Shown here: positions 10,840-20,470 of the stretch, one piece after another
Numbering within the stretch: position 1 is the stretch's first letter
Layout: each line of letters starts with the position of its first letter
NCBI GenBank assembly: GCA_965214835.1
Contig: CBDCCK010000002.1
Span: forward strand, 3,136,001-3,200,000
Origin: Nitrosopumilaceae archaeon
Lineage (GTDB): Archaea; Thermoproteota; Nitrososphaeria; Nitrososphaerales; Nitrosopumilaceae
Reading direction: 5' to 3'
Length of the DNA stretch: 64,000 nucleotides
Notes under the pieces: model-generated
The model's input: only the letters and a program-made list of their open reading frames with translations
What the model was told of the DNA's origin: nothing
The model's database searches: none
Translations under genes and position numbers: made by a program

Positions 10840-10875
10840 GTACACACTAGGAATAATCGGTAAATAAGGATGAGA

Positions 10876-10974
10876 CTATCTCATGAATTCTGCCGCTATC
10901 CCATAAAAGAAGTAAAATGCAATTCCGCCGCCGATTATTCCCACCCAGATTGCAATGTTTTTGGCCTTGCCCAT
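10876..10974 (-). CDS. 32-aa single-TM protein
   Basis: MGKAKNIAIWVGIIGGGIAFYFFYGIAAEFMR; GAGGG upstream; manual translation. Confidence 0.65.
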   Translation of the reverse strand: MGKAKNIAIWVGIIGGGIAFYFFYGIAAEFMR

Positions 10975-11012
10975 TGTTCCCTCTTAAAAATAGGCATTAT
11001 TGAGTGTAATTG

Positions 11013-11120
11013 TCACCTGGCAGGATCATGCAGTTTTCCAATGTGCCTTGCCAGCCCAATGACGTCATCTCCAAAATCTCTGCCGCAGAACTGGCAGTCG
11101 AACCGAAGTTTGCCGGACAC
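11013..11120 (-). CDS. Mini C2H2 zinc-finger protein
   Basis: GTG start; CQFC-x13-HIGKLH. Confidence 0.65.
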   Translation of the reverse strand: MSGKLRFDCQFCGRDFGDDVIGLARHIGKLHDPAR

Positions 11121-11158
11121 TGATTGGATGCATATTTTGATGCTTAATAAATTTTGAA

Positions 11159-11332
11159 TCATCCGTAGATCAGGCAGTGCTCGCACTCGCAGCTTGGGAT
11201 TTTCTTGGCCTTTGCAAGGCAGTTCCTGTGCTGTCCGGCCTGGCACTGGACACATATATCATCTAGGTTCTCGACCTCGGTGTACTTTTTGGACTGATCA
11301 AACCCAAACCCTCCATCCTGCGGACCCACCAT
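11159..11332 (-). CDS. 57-aa Cys-rich putative metal-binding protein
   Basis: MVGPQDGGFGFDQSKKYTEVENLDDICVQCQAGQHRNCLAKAKKIPSCECEHCLIYG; manual translation. Confidence 0.7.
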   Translation of the reverse strand: MVGPQDGGFGFDQSKKYTEVENLDDICVQCQAGQHRNCLAKAKKIPSCECEHCLIYG

Positions 11333-11428
11333 GACAGGGCTCAGACCCTTCCAATATTTTTACCTCACTATAGTGTGTGCAGCTGAAAATGGATCGCTTT
11401 TTATCGAAATAGTCGCGATATGTCGAAG

Positions 11429-11767
11429 CTATGATCGATTTTCTGGTGTGTGCGCCGAGTCAGTGGAGATCGATTCTGCAATCACATCCCGCAGCTCCCT
11501 CCTGTGCTCCTCAACAAGGCCGCGAATCTCAAATGCATCAACATAGCCGCCGGCCGACGCCCGCGTTGCCTTGAGGAGATAGTGCAGCGCGCCCTCCTCG
11601 ATTTTCCCGACATAATAGCCATAAAGAAAGTCTATCGCGTTTTCGCACTTCCAGACTTGCGACGCCCCTGGAAGCGTCTGATTGATCTCTCCGGGAATGT
11701 CCCTGATGCGGTTTTTGATGTATCCGTCCAGTGATCTTCTAATCGAGGCGTCCTGAAGCAATGCCAA
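11429..11767 (-). CDS. Hypothetical protein
   Basis: Protein-like core DFLYGYYVGKIEEGALHYLL; probable TTG start at 11767. Confidence 0.75.
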   Translation of the reverse strand: MALLQDASIRRSLDGYIKNRIRDIPGEINQTLPGASQVWKCENAIDFLYGYYVGKIEEGALHYLLKATRASAGGYVDAFEIRGLVEEHRRELRDVIAESISTDSAHTPENRS

Positions 11768-11793
11768 GCTGTAGGTCTTGGTGGTTTTAAGGA

Positions 11794-11931
11794 TTAGCCG
11801 CGTTCCTCTGAGTCCTTTTTGCTGTCCCACATGTGCATGTTTCCACGAAGCATGAAAGAGCCAACTACAATCGTAACCAGCCCGGCAGCAATGAACAAAA
11901 AGAACCTGCCGATGCTTTTGATGCTTGCCAA
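11794..11931 (-). CDS. 45-aa single-TM protein
   Basis: TTG start: MASIKSIGRFFLFIAAGLVTIVVGSFMLRGNMHMWDSKKDSEERG. Confidence 0.6.
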   Translation of the reverse strand: MASIKSIGRFFLFIAAGLVTIVVGSFMLRGNMHMWDSKKDSEERG

Positions 11932-12299
11932 CCATCCTACTTGGATGGCGCAGTAATTAAACTGTCCAAGAATTCAAAAGGAGCCACGCCCGCAGCATGC
12001 TGTTGAACTGCAACAACAAGGAGGCGGGGTGCTATCACTTGGACGCAGTGCATGACGGGTGTTTTGGAAGATGTCTTGTAAGTGGCTGCAGGTGTAGGAG
12101 ATTTCAAAGATCAGCATCCATGTGAGCTCAAGTATTTTACAGGATTTCGTGATGTGGGGAATGGCTTCCGCTAGTTGCTCCATTTCCAAGGGGATGATCG
12201 GATATGCATCCATTCGGGGCTCTCCCCCGGTACCACCTTCATCCATTTGCACGGCTCCGCCCGCAGGATATGGATCTTGATTTTGTCAAAAAGGCACTT

Positions 12300-12875
12300 G
12301 GGCCACAGACGGAAGGTATTCTGGCAAGTCAGACGATGTAATCATGGAGAAAAAGTCCACAAAACCCCGAAGGGTAAAGGAACTATGAGATGATAAAATC
12401 AGGAGAAACTTGGTACCACATATGACGACGTGATGCTCCGGGTCAATGATCATGGTACGGGATATACAGATGCGGATAAAATGAATGAAAAAATACTCAG
12501 GACATTCATCAAACCAAAGCCAATACGGGCGCCGACCTAGAACAAGGGGATCAGGACACCGGCCGCACGCAAGATAATCCACAAGCTGGACGCCCTATAC
12601 GCACTGACGTCAGGACGATGGCAGCATCCAGAGCCCGCTTTCCCAGGAGTGCGGCCACATCCGTAATCAAAGGGCCTGATGCCCTGGCAGCTGCCTGGGA
12701 TGAATCTAAACACAGCAGGGGCGGCGATCCTTAGAATACAGGCAGGTTCTCAAAAAAAAGAGAGTGCGAAGAAGGCGAGGATAAAGACGGGATCTACTCT
12801 ATCTGTCTTGGAGGCAGGGTGAAAAAGACGGGGATGGGAACATTGGCAGGATCCGTAAACGTACCAATAATGTTA
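12300..12875 (+). pseudogene. Decayed virus-derived gene (possibly portal/head-protein-like) with WDESKH motif
   Basis: Frame at 12696 reads WDESKHSRGGDP*NTGRFSK; multiple stops/frameshifts; left boundary uncertain. Confidence 0.5.
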
Positions 12876-12954
12876 TAGCAACGAGCAGAAATAATTGAGG
12901 TTTTTTACGTGTAGTTATGACCTGCTTTGACTCAAAGACTTCTGCCCGTTGCTA
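12876..12954. mobile_element. MITE family A (79 bp, TA duplication)
   Basis: TIRs tagcaacgagcagaa / ttctgcccgttgcta, TA on both sides; near-identical copy at 26316..26394. Confidence 0.9.
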
Positions 12955-13783
12955 TAGCACGCAGATGGATGATGCGCTGGAACATATGGTGAAGGGTATA
13001 GCCGATCCCGAACGTCCAGAAAGAAATGCTAGACCATTCTTCAAGGCTCGTGATGCATACATTCAACTGATACATGATATTGTGGCTGAAACGATGAAGG
13101 ATGATGATGATCACATCAAAAAAATCAACGATGTGTTTGGCACATCATATACAAAGGAGACGCATGAAAAAGACCCGAAGATACTTGGTTTCAAACTTCT
13201 TGAGAAAATCCGTACAGGCGAGTTCACATCTGATATGGACGATATTTTCCCCGGGAGCCTTGAGATGGCAAGGATTTCAGGGCGTATTAACCAAGAGTAT
13301 GTAAAAGGCTGGGATGATGCCGATGTCCTATATCGTGGTACGAGGCTCAGCGAGGTCGACAACATGATTAATGATGGATTCGTTGGTAATCCCAAATATT
13401 ACAAGGATGTGTTCATTCGAACAACCACAGTTGAAACGATCAGTGATTTCTTTGCCCGCAAGAATTGGTATACTCAGAATACCGATGGCTCATTCAACGA
13501 GCCGTGCCGTATTGAGTATGACAAGGATTATCTTGAGAAGCATGTGGTGAAGCAGGGATTTGGCTTTTTCAAGACCGGTGATTCACATGAGATCGACGAG
13601 CCGCAGGGTGGAAACTTCCTGCATGAGATGGAGTTCCGATTGCCACCCTCCACACTCAAGGCCGACCCCAGCCGCATGGTACTCCATCTGGACAAGGATG
13701 TAGGCGAGGCACAGAGGGCCGTACATGCAAAGAAATACGGAATTTTTAAAAGACTTGTATACGATCTTACACGTGATGGATAA
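12917..13783 (+). CDS. Putative ADP-ribosyltransferase-fold toxin/effector domain
   Basis: VLYRG, IRTTT...FFA, HEMEFRLP = R-S/T-ExE order; alternative start ATG 12965; more AT-rich than core genes. Confidence 0.6.
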   Translation: MTCFDSKTSARCYSTQMDDALEHMVKGIADPERPERNARPFFKARDAYIQLIHDIVAETMKDDDDHIKKINDVFGTSYTKETHEKDPKILGFKLLEKIRTGEFTSDMDDIFPGSLEMARISGRINQEYVKGWDDADVLYRGTRLSEVDNMINDGFVGNPKYYKDVFIRTTTVETISDFFARKNWYTQNTDGSFNEPCRIEYDKDYLEKHVVKQGFGFFKTGDSHEIDEPQGGNFLHEMEFRLPPSTLKADPSRMVLHLDKDVGEAQRAVHAKKYGIFKRLVYDLTRDG

Positions 13784-14015
13784 ACAGCTGATACTTGCGG
13801 ATCTAAAGGCAGCCGGAGGTAACAAGACCGAGGTCTTTGACCACCTCAGGGGGTGGCTCGATATAGAGAACACACCTCAACTGGACGAGTTGTACAAAAT
13901 CATCGACGAGGCTCCGGGCCAGTGGAATATGAAGAATCCAAATACCGTCATGGCGCAGATGCGGCGCGTGTTTGGAGAGCCTCCGCCCGGCTTTGATACG
14001 AGTCCGTATGAGTAA
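13776..14015 (+). CDS. 79-aa protein coupled to the ART-like gene (candidate immunity)
   Basis: ATG overlaps upstream ORF end by 8 nt; MDKQLILADLKAAGG...FDTSPYE. Confidence 0.6.
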   Translation: MDKQLILADLKAAGGNKTEVFDHLRGWLDIENTPQLDELYKIIDEAPGQWNMKNPNTVMAQMRRVFGEPPPGFDTSPYE

Positions 14016-14121
14016 TCAGTTCAATTAAAGAAAAACACCGTTTACTATAACGGTACCGTCAATTGTTAAAGAATCCCGTGACAACACCTAGGGTTCTGTG
14101 CAATCTTCGACACCTGAAATG

Positions 14122-14251
14122 GGTGCTGTCGCCTAATTCCGCCTACCTGACTCAACCTGCACGTTTTTCTGAATTTCTGCCCTTTTGCACGCCTGATTCA
14201 TGTGGCATCCCAGCGGTTTTCAGGAATTCTGATGAATTAGGCGACAACCCC
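14122..14251. mobile_element. MITE family B (130 bp)
   Basis: tgtcgcctaattc / gaattaggcgacaacccc TIRs; homologous to 47374..47503. Confidence 0.85.
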
Positions 14252-14440
14252 GGTTCCAGGATGCCGAGGCCGTCCTGGCAGAGGCGTTTGCAGATTACAA
14301 CCAAGACAGGATCCACTCGGCGCTGGGATACATGACGCCGCACGAGTTTGCCCGGAAAATGCAGGAGGTGCCGCAAAAATGAGCGATGAGTGTGCATAAA
14401 ATGTCGCCAAAATCGTTCCTACTTACAGGGGCCCACTCCA
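14252..14440 (+). pseudogene. 3' end of an IS3-family transposase with right end
   Basis: FQDAEAVLAEAFADYNQDRIHSALGYMTPHEF; stop 14382; probable end ...ggcccactcca. Confidence 0.8.
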
Positions 14441-14613
14441 GTGGTGTATGAAAAGGGATCTTACACTGTTGCAGGTTGCATGCGCGCTTCTCATGGCGGC
14501 TAGGAGAAACCTTGCAGAATGCGGGTTTGCCGGCCCTCCGCAGTAGGGCCGCGGTGGCCTTTGAAGGGTTAGATTTCCGTCTACTGGGGATAGAATCATA
14601 GTTTAATAACAAA

Positions 14614-14946
14614 GTGGTGCCAAGTAAAACCATGACGGTAGTTGTCACAAGAATGCCGGGAGGAATAGCCCAGATATTCACGCCGGAAACAGGCAAGATC
14701 ACGTACAAATGCAAGGGCGAGACGGCACTCATGGAAATCGAGGCGTTTGGGGGTATTGTAAAGTTCAACCAAAGGGGCTCCAAGGCAATAGTTTCAGGAC
14801 CGGCAACAGAGCTGCAAGACTGCGAGGTAATCACACCCGAGGACAACAGATATCAAGAGGCCAAAAGGGCGGCGGCAGATGCGATAATTGCCTTCAAGGA
14901 GAGACAGGCTGCCCAACTTCAAAAAGAGGCCGGGGATCTCAGGTAA
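14614..14946 (+). CDS. Hypothetical protein
   Basis: 110-aa ORF, AT-rich promoter-like upstream sequence. Confidence 0.6.
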   Translation: MVPSKTMTVVVTRMPGGIAQIFTPETGKITYKCKGETALMEIEAFGGIVKFNQRGSKAIVSGPATELQDCEVITPEDNRYQEAKRAAADAIIAFKERQAAQLQKEAGDLR

Positions 14947-15237
14947 TAGCCTTCAAGGATCATGAGTGTGGTGGTCCCTCTCTGATAACGGCGGATTTTA
15001 TGATGTGCTTTGTGGGATGCGGCAATACAGAAAAGCGGCTCATAATTAAAAACCGTGTGGACATCTGGATTTTTCTATCAACCTGCCAAGCAATCTGGCA
15101 GGTGATGTGATTTTTGTGATCATTTTGATCCGTTTGGCGCATATCCGCACACCAGTGAGCCAATCGCGCCAATTGCAAATCGCCCCTCAGACTGCAGCGA
15201 TGCAGACTGCAGCAATGGGCACCCCCACAAAGATTTG

Positions 15238-15330
15238 GTATGTGGTCACGTCCCCCTGCTATCTAGGCACGAAAATCACAATCATGCATGCTGATTCGTG
15301 CCTGGCTGATGAGGGTAGGTGACCCCGTAC
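15238..15330. mobile_element. MITE family E (93 bp, IS66-like ends, 8-bp TSD)
   Basis: TIRs gtatgtggtcac / gtgaccccgtac; perfect TSD aagatttg (15230-15237, 15331-15338). Confidence 0.9.
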
Positions 15331-15504
15331 AAGATTTGCATCATCATTGCCAAATCAGGCTGTCGCGTTCTCACAATCATGCCCAGGCTGAAAGCCAGGC
15401 GGTCATCGGGCATGAGTTCTGCGTGTTTGAAAAATGCGAGATGGGACTGCACTTTGGAATGGGCGAGGAACACTCCTAGCCGGCAGGAGACGTCTCCGGT
15501 ACTC

Positions 15505-16332
15505 TCATTTTTTGCACAGGATGAGAAGATAATCTATGACGTTTTTTTCAGAGACAGCCCTCATCTTCCGGATGGACTTGTGGAGGATTTTTTCCACATA
15601 GGCAGGATATGAACCCAAAATGCTTTTTTGAATCATGGGGCGGTTCTGCTCGTAATAGTCGGCAAGCGGATCATAGACCATGGAGCCGATTTTTTCTACG
15701 TAGCATACATCAAGGCCCGCATCCCTAATTTGGGACAGCACATAGTCTTCAGAATAGTGCTCTGACGACCAGGTCATCGACAGCAGTCCTAGCTTGGCCA
15801 GGGAGAAGCCGCCTTTTGTCGCCACAGGAATTGCAATGGCAAGATATCCGTTACTTTTGAGGATCCTGAGGGATTCTGAAAGGAAGTCCCCGAGAGGCTT
15901 GAAGTGCTGTGCGGACTCGAGGGCCAAAACCCTGTCTACGGATGCGTTCCCAAGGGGGAGGGCGGTGGCCGTTGCGTTGATTCGTGAGGCGCCAGATGGG
16001 GAATGCGACAGCTGTTCAAGGCCAGTGTTTACTGAGAGGATATCAATCGGGTCGTATTCGGATCTCCATTGGGCAGCCGGTGCGCCGTATCCGCTTCCCA
16101 CGTCTAAGACCCTTTGGCCGGATGACAGCCCTGCAAGACGTCCAAGCCTGCTGCAAAGCCTCTGCTGGGCAGAGACGGGGGTGGGCGTGGTCTCATCCCA
16201 ATATCCAAAGTTAAGCATGTCTCCCCCGGCGGCCAGACGCATCAGGTCAGACAGCGAGCTGTACAGGCTCACAACGTCCTTTTCGCTTCTGCGAAAGGTC
16301 CACAGGAACAGCCTCAGGGGGTTGACCTTCAA
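15505..16332 (-). CDS. Class I SAM-dependent methyltransferase
   Basis: MLNFGYW, VLDVGSGYG, ALESAQHF; probable TTG start 16332. Confidence 0.88.
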   Translation of the reverse strand: MKVNPLRLFLWTFRRSEKDVVSLYSSLSDLMRLAAGGDMLNFGYWDETTPTPVSAQQRLCSRLGRLAGLSSGQRVLDVGSGYGAPAAQWRSEYDPIDILSVNTGLEQLSHSPSGASRINATATALPLGNASVDRVLALESAQHFKPLGDFLSESLRILKSNGYLAIAIPVATKGGFSLAKLGLLSMTWSSEHYSEDYVLSQIRDAGLDVCYVEKIGSMVYDPLADYYEQNRPMIQKSILGSYPAYVEKILHKSIRKMRAVSEKNVIDYLLILCKK

Positions 16333-16637
16333 GGTGATATAAGCAGAACCTGCCCCTATGTAATGACTGTGTTGTGCCACCGTATGCCGCTGAGATCTCC
16401 CACATGGGCATGTCCACACGGCTTAATGCATCACATCCCACAATGCCTGGGTTTTGACCTAGTGCCGGTGTTCAGTCCTCCCAATAGCTCCACACAAGAC
16501 GGCTCCAAACACAAAACAACTAAAACTAGGTTGCCTGCAGAACCGCACATAGCTGCCTGCACCACCATGAATCGGGTTACATCCATGAAGACAGGACTAG
16601 GAATAACATTAATCTAGAAGAAACACACAGGTGTGCT

Positions 16638-17150
16638 ATGCGAGTGTCATCAAAACTAAAGAAACTACTAGATAACCAAATCGCATTAGAAGCAAATGCG
16701 TCAAACTACTACCTGACCATGGCATCATGGTGTGAGTTTACCGGGTATGAGGGGGCTTCTGCGTTCTTTTTCAGCCAGTCAGACGAGGAAAGACAGCACA
16801 TGCTCAAAATCGTGCACTTTCTAAACGGCAGGGGCACCCCGGCGGAGATTCCCCAGGTCAAAAAAACCACAGACAGATTCAAGTCGCTGGAGGAACTGAT
16901 GAAGACTTCCCTCAAAAACGAGCAGGCAGTCACTGCGGCCATTACAAAGATGGTAGAGGCCGCATCCAAGGAAAAGGATCATGCGACGTTTACCTTTCTC
17001 CAGTGGTTTGTAAACGAGCAAATGCAGGAGGAGGAAAAGTTTGAGACCATCCTAAGAAAGTTCGAGCTGATTGGAAGGGACAAGCTTGCAATCAACGAAA
17101 TCGACAAGATGCTGGGAGGCATGCCTGCAGAGGCAGACCCGGCACAATAA
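16638..17150 (+). CDS. ftnA: Non-heme ferritin
   Basis: NQIALE, YLTMASW, EERQHM, FLQWFVNEQMQEE. Confidence 0.95.
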   Translation: MRVSSKLKKLLDNQIALEANASNYYLTMASWCEFTGYEGASAFFFSQSDEERQHMLKIVHFLNGRGTPAEIPQVKKTTDRFKSLEELMKTSLKNEQAVTAAITKMVEAASKEKDHATFTFLQWFVNEQMQEEEKFETILRKFELIGRDKLAINEIDKMLGGMPAEADPAQ

Positions 17151-17702
17151 TCATTTTTTGTATCTAAAGCAGCCCACAGTGTGATCATTTACCATGCCGA
17201 TTGCCTGCATCAGGGCATAGCAGATGGTGGGACCCACGAATGTGAACCCGCGCTTTTTCAGGTCGGAGCTTAGCTGTTCTGATATGTGGCTGGTTGCAGG
17301 AATGTCAGAGTGTCTTTTGAAGCTGTTCCTGATCGGCTTGTAGTCTACAAACCCCCAGATGTAGTTATCAAAGCTTCCAAACTCCTTTTGGATCTCAAGG
17401 AACTGCCTTGCGTTGTTGATTGCGGATCTGATTTTCAGCTTGTTCCTGATGATGGCCTTGTCCCTCAGCAGCCGGGAGACGTCCCTTGGGGTGTACTTTG
17501 AAACCTTGCGGGGATCAAAGCCAGAAAACGCCTTTTTGTATCCGGGCCTGCGATTCAGAATGGTGGTCCAGCTTAGCCCGGCCTGGGCGCCCTCTAGGAC
17601 AAGAAACTCAAACAGCTTGACATCGTCGTGCTGCGGGGTTCCCCACTCGGCATCATGGTACCGGATGTTGGGTCCATCACTTGCCCAGGAGCATCGCCTC
17701 AT
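17151..17702 (-). CDS. tag: DNA-3-methyladenine glycosylase I
   Basis: RCSW, YHDAEWG, LEGAQAGLSW, IIRNKLKI, GMVNDH. Confidence 0.96.
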   Translation of the reverse strand: MRRCSWASDGPNIRYHDAEWGTPQHDDVKLFEFLVLEGAQAGLSWTTILNRRPGYKKAFSGFDPRKVSKYTPRDVSRLLRDKAIIRNKLKIRSAINNARQFLEIQKEFGSFDNYIWGFVDYKPIRNSFKRHSDIPATSHISEQLSSDLKKRGFTFVGPTICYALMQAIGMVNDHTVGCFRYKK

Positions 17703-17788
17703 AGTAGGGTAACTGCAGGTTAGGATTTAAGATTTGAAAAGAAAAAAGTTGTAATAAAGATAACTTGCGTCGTCTAAATTAGATAGAG

Positions 17789-17980
17789 TTATGCCGTCTT
17801 CTTTACGTTAACAGCGCTTGGTCCTTTTGGTCCATCGCCTACTTCAAACTCTACCTTATCGCCGTCTCTAAGAAATCCATCTACGTTTGTCTTGTGTACA
17901 AAAAGATCGTCTCCTGATTCTCTCTCGATAAAACCATAGCCTTTAGTTCGGTTGAACCATTTTACGGTGCCTTGTTCCAT
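17789..17980 (-). CDS. Cold-shock protein
   Basis: [28 protein letters not shown]. Confidence 0.95.
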   Translation of the reverse strand: MEQGTVKWFNRTKGYGFIERESGDDLFVHKTNVDGFLRDGDKVEFEVGDGPKGPSAVNVKKTA

Positions 17981-18094
17981 GTTGTTACTAGGCTGTAATA
18001 CTCGTCAAATATTAACTAGAGTTTTGGTGCGGCCCTGGGCGGATCGGATTTTGTTCGTAAAACCTTAAAATTTGACTCGTTTTAGGTACATTCA

Positions 18095-18742
18095 GTGTCA
18101 GGCGAGGAAAAAACCAAGGCAGGGGCAGAATCCGCGGTGCCCGAGGCCCCGCTGCGATCAGAGCCGTCGGAGGGCTGGACCGCAGGGGAGATAGCGGCCC
18201 TTGCCGAGGCGCAGGCAAAAAAGGCAGCAGAGGCAGCAGCCAGGGCAAAGGAGGCGGCGGAGGCCAAGGCGCAGGAGGAGTACGAGGCGGCGGCCAAGGA
18301 CGCATCAGAGGCGGCCAAGGACAGCGGCTTTACAAACAAGCGGGCAGGCGAGGTAATCTTCAGGAGGGAGATGGGGGAGCCGGAGTTTTGGCTTACAAAG
18401 GAGGGACTGATTCCCCCCAGGCCGGTACTTACGCCAGAGGAGGAAAGGGCAATCTCACAAAGAGTCGAGGTTCCATCCGATCAGATTCCAGTGTACAATC
18501 CAGAGCACGTGCTCAGCCCAGAGTATGCGGGGATTTCAAACTATGAGATCGGGGTCGGCCGGTTCAGGGAAGAGATAGAGGAGAACCTAGCAAGGCTGAA
18601 ATCTGATCCCGAGGCAAACGAGGATAGGATCAGGAGGGCAGAGGAGGATCTGCTCAAGATGGATACGCTGTATGAGAATTTTTACATAGGAATGAACGTC
18701 TTTCGTACCGCAAAGGGCGGAAGGGACAAGATCAGGAAATAG
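18095..18742 (+). CDS. Hypothetical protein with Ala/Glu-rich N-terminal helix
   Basis: Host-like codon usage; 8 nt upstream of hemA-like gene. Confidence 0.75.
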   Translation: MSGEEKTKAGAESAVPEAPLRSEPSEGWTAGEIAALAEAQAKKAAEAAARAKEAAEAKAQEEYEAAAKDASEAAKDSGFTNKRAGEVIFRREMGEPEFWLTKEGLIPPRPVLTPEEERAISQRVEVPSDQIPVYNPEHVLSPEYAGISNYEIGVGRFREEIEENLARLKSDPEANEDRIRRAEEDLLKMDTLYENFYIGMNVFRTAKGGRDKIRK

Positions 18743-18750
18743 GTGAGGAC

Positions 18751-19989
18751 ATGGCCGATGCAGACTTTAAGGTTTACAACGCCCGCGTAACCTTCCGCAA
18801 TGTCCCGATCCACAAGCTGTCAAAGTACCAGTTCAAGGACGTAGACGAGGTCGCATCCGAGTTCAAAAAGCTTGCAGACGTATCTGAGTGCCTGATAATC
18901 CAGACTGCAAGCAGGGTCGAGATCTTTGTCGTGACGAACCTAGGCGTCAAGGAGGGGGATCTGCTGACAATCGCAAGGATCAAGGAGATCTGGACCGGAA
19001 GGTCAGACGTGGACGAGTGGGAGGCCGATCACTTTGATCAGACGATGGAGGTATACGTAAACAGGGACGTCTATGAGAACCTGCTAAAGCTGGCGCTGGG
19101 CCTGCAGTCGGTGACCGTGGGAAAGATCGGAATCCTGGAGGAGATCAAGGCAGCAGCTGCCAAGGCAAAGGAGACGGGGGACTCTGGCAGGGTTCTCAAC
19201 AAGCTGTTTGACACGGTGATCAGGGTCTCCGGCAAGATCCGGGCAGAGACTGGCATGAGTCCGAACTGGAAGTCGATGGGGGACATTGCAGTAAAGCTGG
19301 CAGACGAGAACGCGGGAATCGACGGCAAGAAGAAGATCCTGATCCTGGGTACAGGCGAGGTTGCCGCCAGGGTGGCAAAGAGCCTCAACCGCAAGGACAT
19401 AGGATTCAGCGTCGCAAGCATGCAGATCGAGAGGGCCCAGGGCTTCTCCGAGCTGCTCAGGGGCGAGCCCGTTGACTTTAAGGATGTAGTTGCCAACTTT
19501 GACAGGTATGACATTGTCTTTGTCGCGACCACCGCGGATTATTTCATCTTGCAGCACAGCCAGATCAGGAGACAGATGGAGTCAAAAAAGACAGGTACGA
19601 TGATTCTGGACATCTCGGATCCAAGGGCGGTAAGCGAGGACGTCTCGATGAGCCCGGGGGTAAAGCTGATGTTCAGGGATCAGGTAGAGGAGCAGTACAT
19701 GGAGGTTCAAAACGAGGTCCGCTCAAAGATGCCCGCAGTCGAAAAGGCAATCGTAAAGGAGGTGCCGATACTGGAGGCATCGATGAACAGGGTACACGCA
19801 GATGCAAAGGGCGTAGACGTGTTTGCCAAGGTGGATCAGCTAAGGGAGAAGGAGCTCAAAAAGGCGCTAGAGCAGCTAGGCGATCTGGATGATGGCAAGA
19901 GGAAGGTCATCGAGGAGCTGACAAAGTCAGTTGTTGAAAACATCGTCGCGGTTCCCAGCAAGGCAAAAAAGGCCGAGGAAGAATCATAA
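18751..19989 (+). CDS. Glutamyl-tRNA reductase-like protein lacking the catalytic Cys
   Basis: HemA architecture (ILGTGE, LDISDPRAV) but QTASRVE replaces TCNRxE. Confidence 0.85.
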   Translation: MADADFKVYNARVTFRNVPIHKLSKYQFKDVDEVASEFKKLADVSECLIIQTASRVEIFVVTNLGVKEGDLLTIARIKEIWTGRSDVDEWEADHFDQTMEVYVNRDVYENLLKLALGLQSVTVGKIGILEEIKAAAAKAKETGDSGRVLNKLFDTVIRVSGKIRAETGMSPNWKSMGDIAVKLADENAGIDGKKKILILGTGEVAARVAKSLNRKDIGFSVASMQIERAQGFSELLRGEPVDFKDVVANFDRYDIVFVATTADYFILQHSQIRRQMESKKTGTMILDISDPRAVSEDVSMSPGVKLMFRDQVEEQYMEVQNEVRSKMPAVEKAIVKEVPILEASMNRVHADAKGVDVFAKVDQLREKELKKALEQLGDLDDGKRKVIEELTKSVVENIVAVPSKAKKAEEES

Positions 19990-20047
19990 TAGGAATTTCC
20001 CAAAGACATGCTGGCAAAAAACTGCACGAGGCCGCCTTGCCTTGGCA

Positions 20048-20138
20048 TAGTGCGCACATCAAAAAAAACGGATCACGTCTTTGACATGCCGTGCCTGTTT
20101 CGATAAAAAAAATATCCGGTTTTCAGCTGCACGCACCA
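20048..20138. mobile_element. MITE family D, copy 1 (91 bp)
   Basis: tagtgcgcaca ... tgcacgcacca; direct repeat of 20681..20771. Confidence 0.88.
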
Positions 20139-20202
20139 TAGGCTCCCCATACTGTGCGGCAGATTCGGGGATGATCTCGGTATGAAGTTTTGACATGTAA
20201 TG

Positions 20203-20470
20203 TCAGTCCCCGCAGTAGGCTGACTTATCGCACACCCTTAGAAACTCTATCGTGTCAGTGCTCCAGTCAGCATTGTATGTTATTCTGTATTTGCTTCCAA
20301 CATCGTACGCAAGTACTCTTTTGCTCTGTTTGTATCTGCCCAGATGCACCGGGTTTTCAGGCTCCCTTAATTCCTGTATGGCATGGCTTGCCCTTTTTCT
20401 GATTTGAGGATCAGGATTTTTGTACTGTCTGAGAAACTTTGTCTTTCTTGCAGCGTCAAGTGCTGCTCAA
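20203..20470 (-). pseudogene. RelE/ParE-superfamily toxin pseudogene
   Basis: MSST*RCKK / TKFLRQYK...YDVGSKYRITYNADWSTDTIEFLRVCDK; early TGA and frameshift; start overlaps antitoxin stop. Confidence 0.7.
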
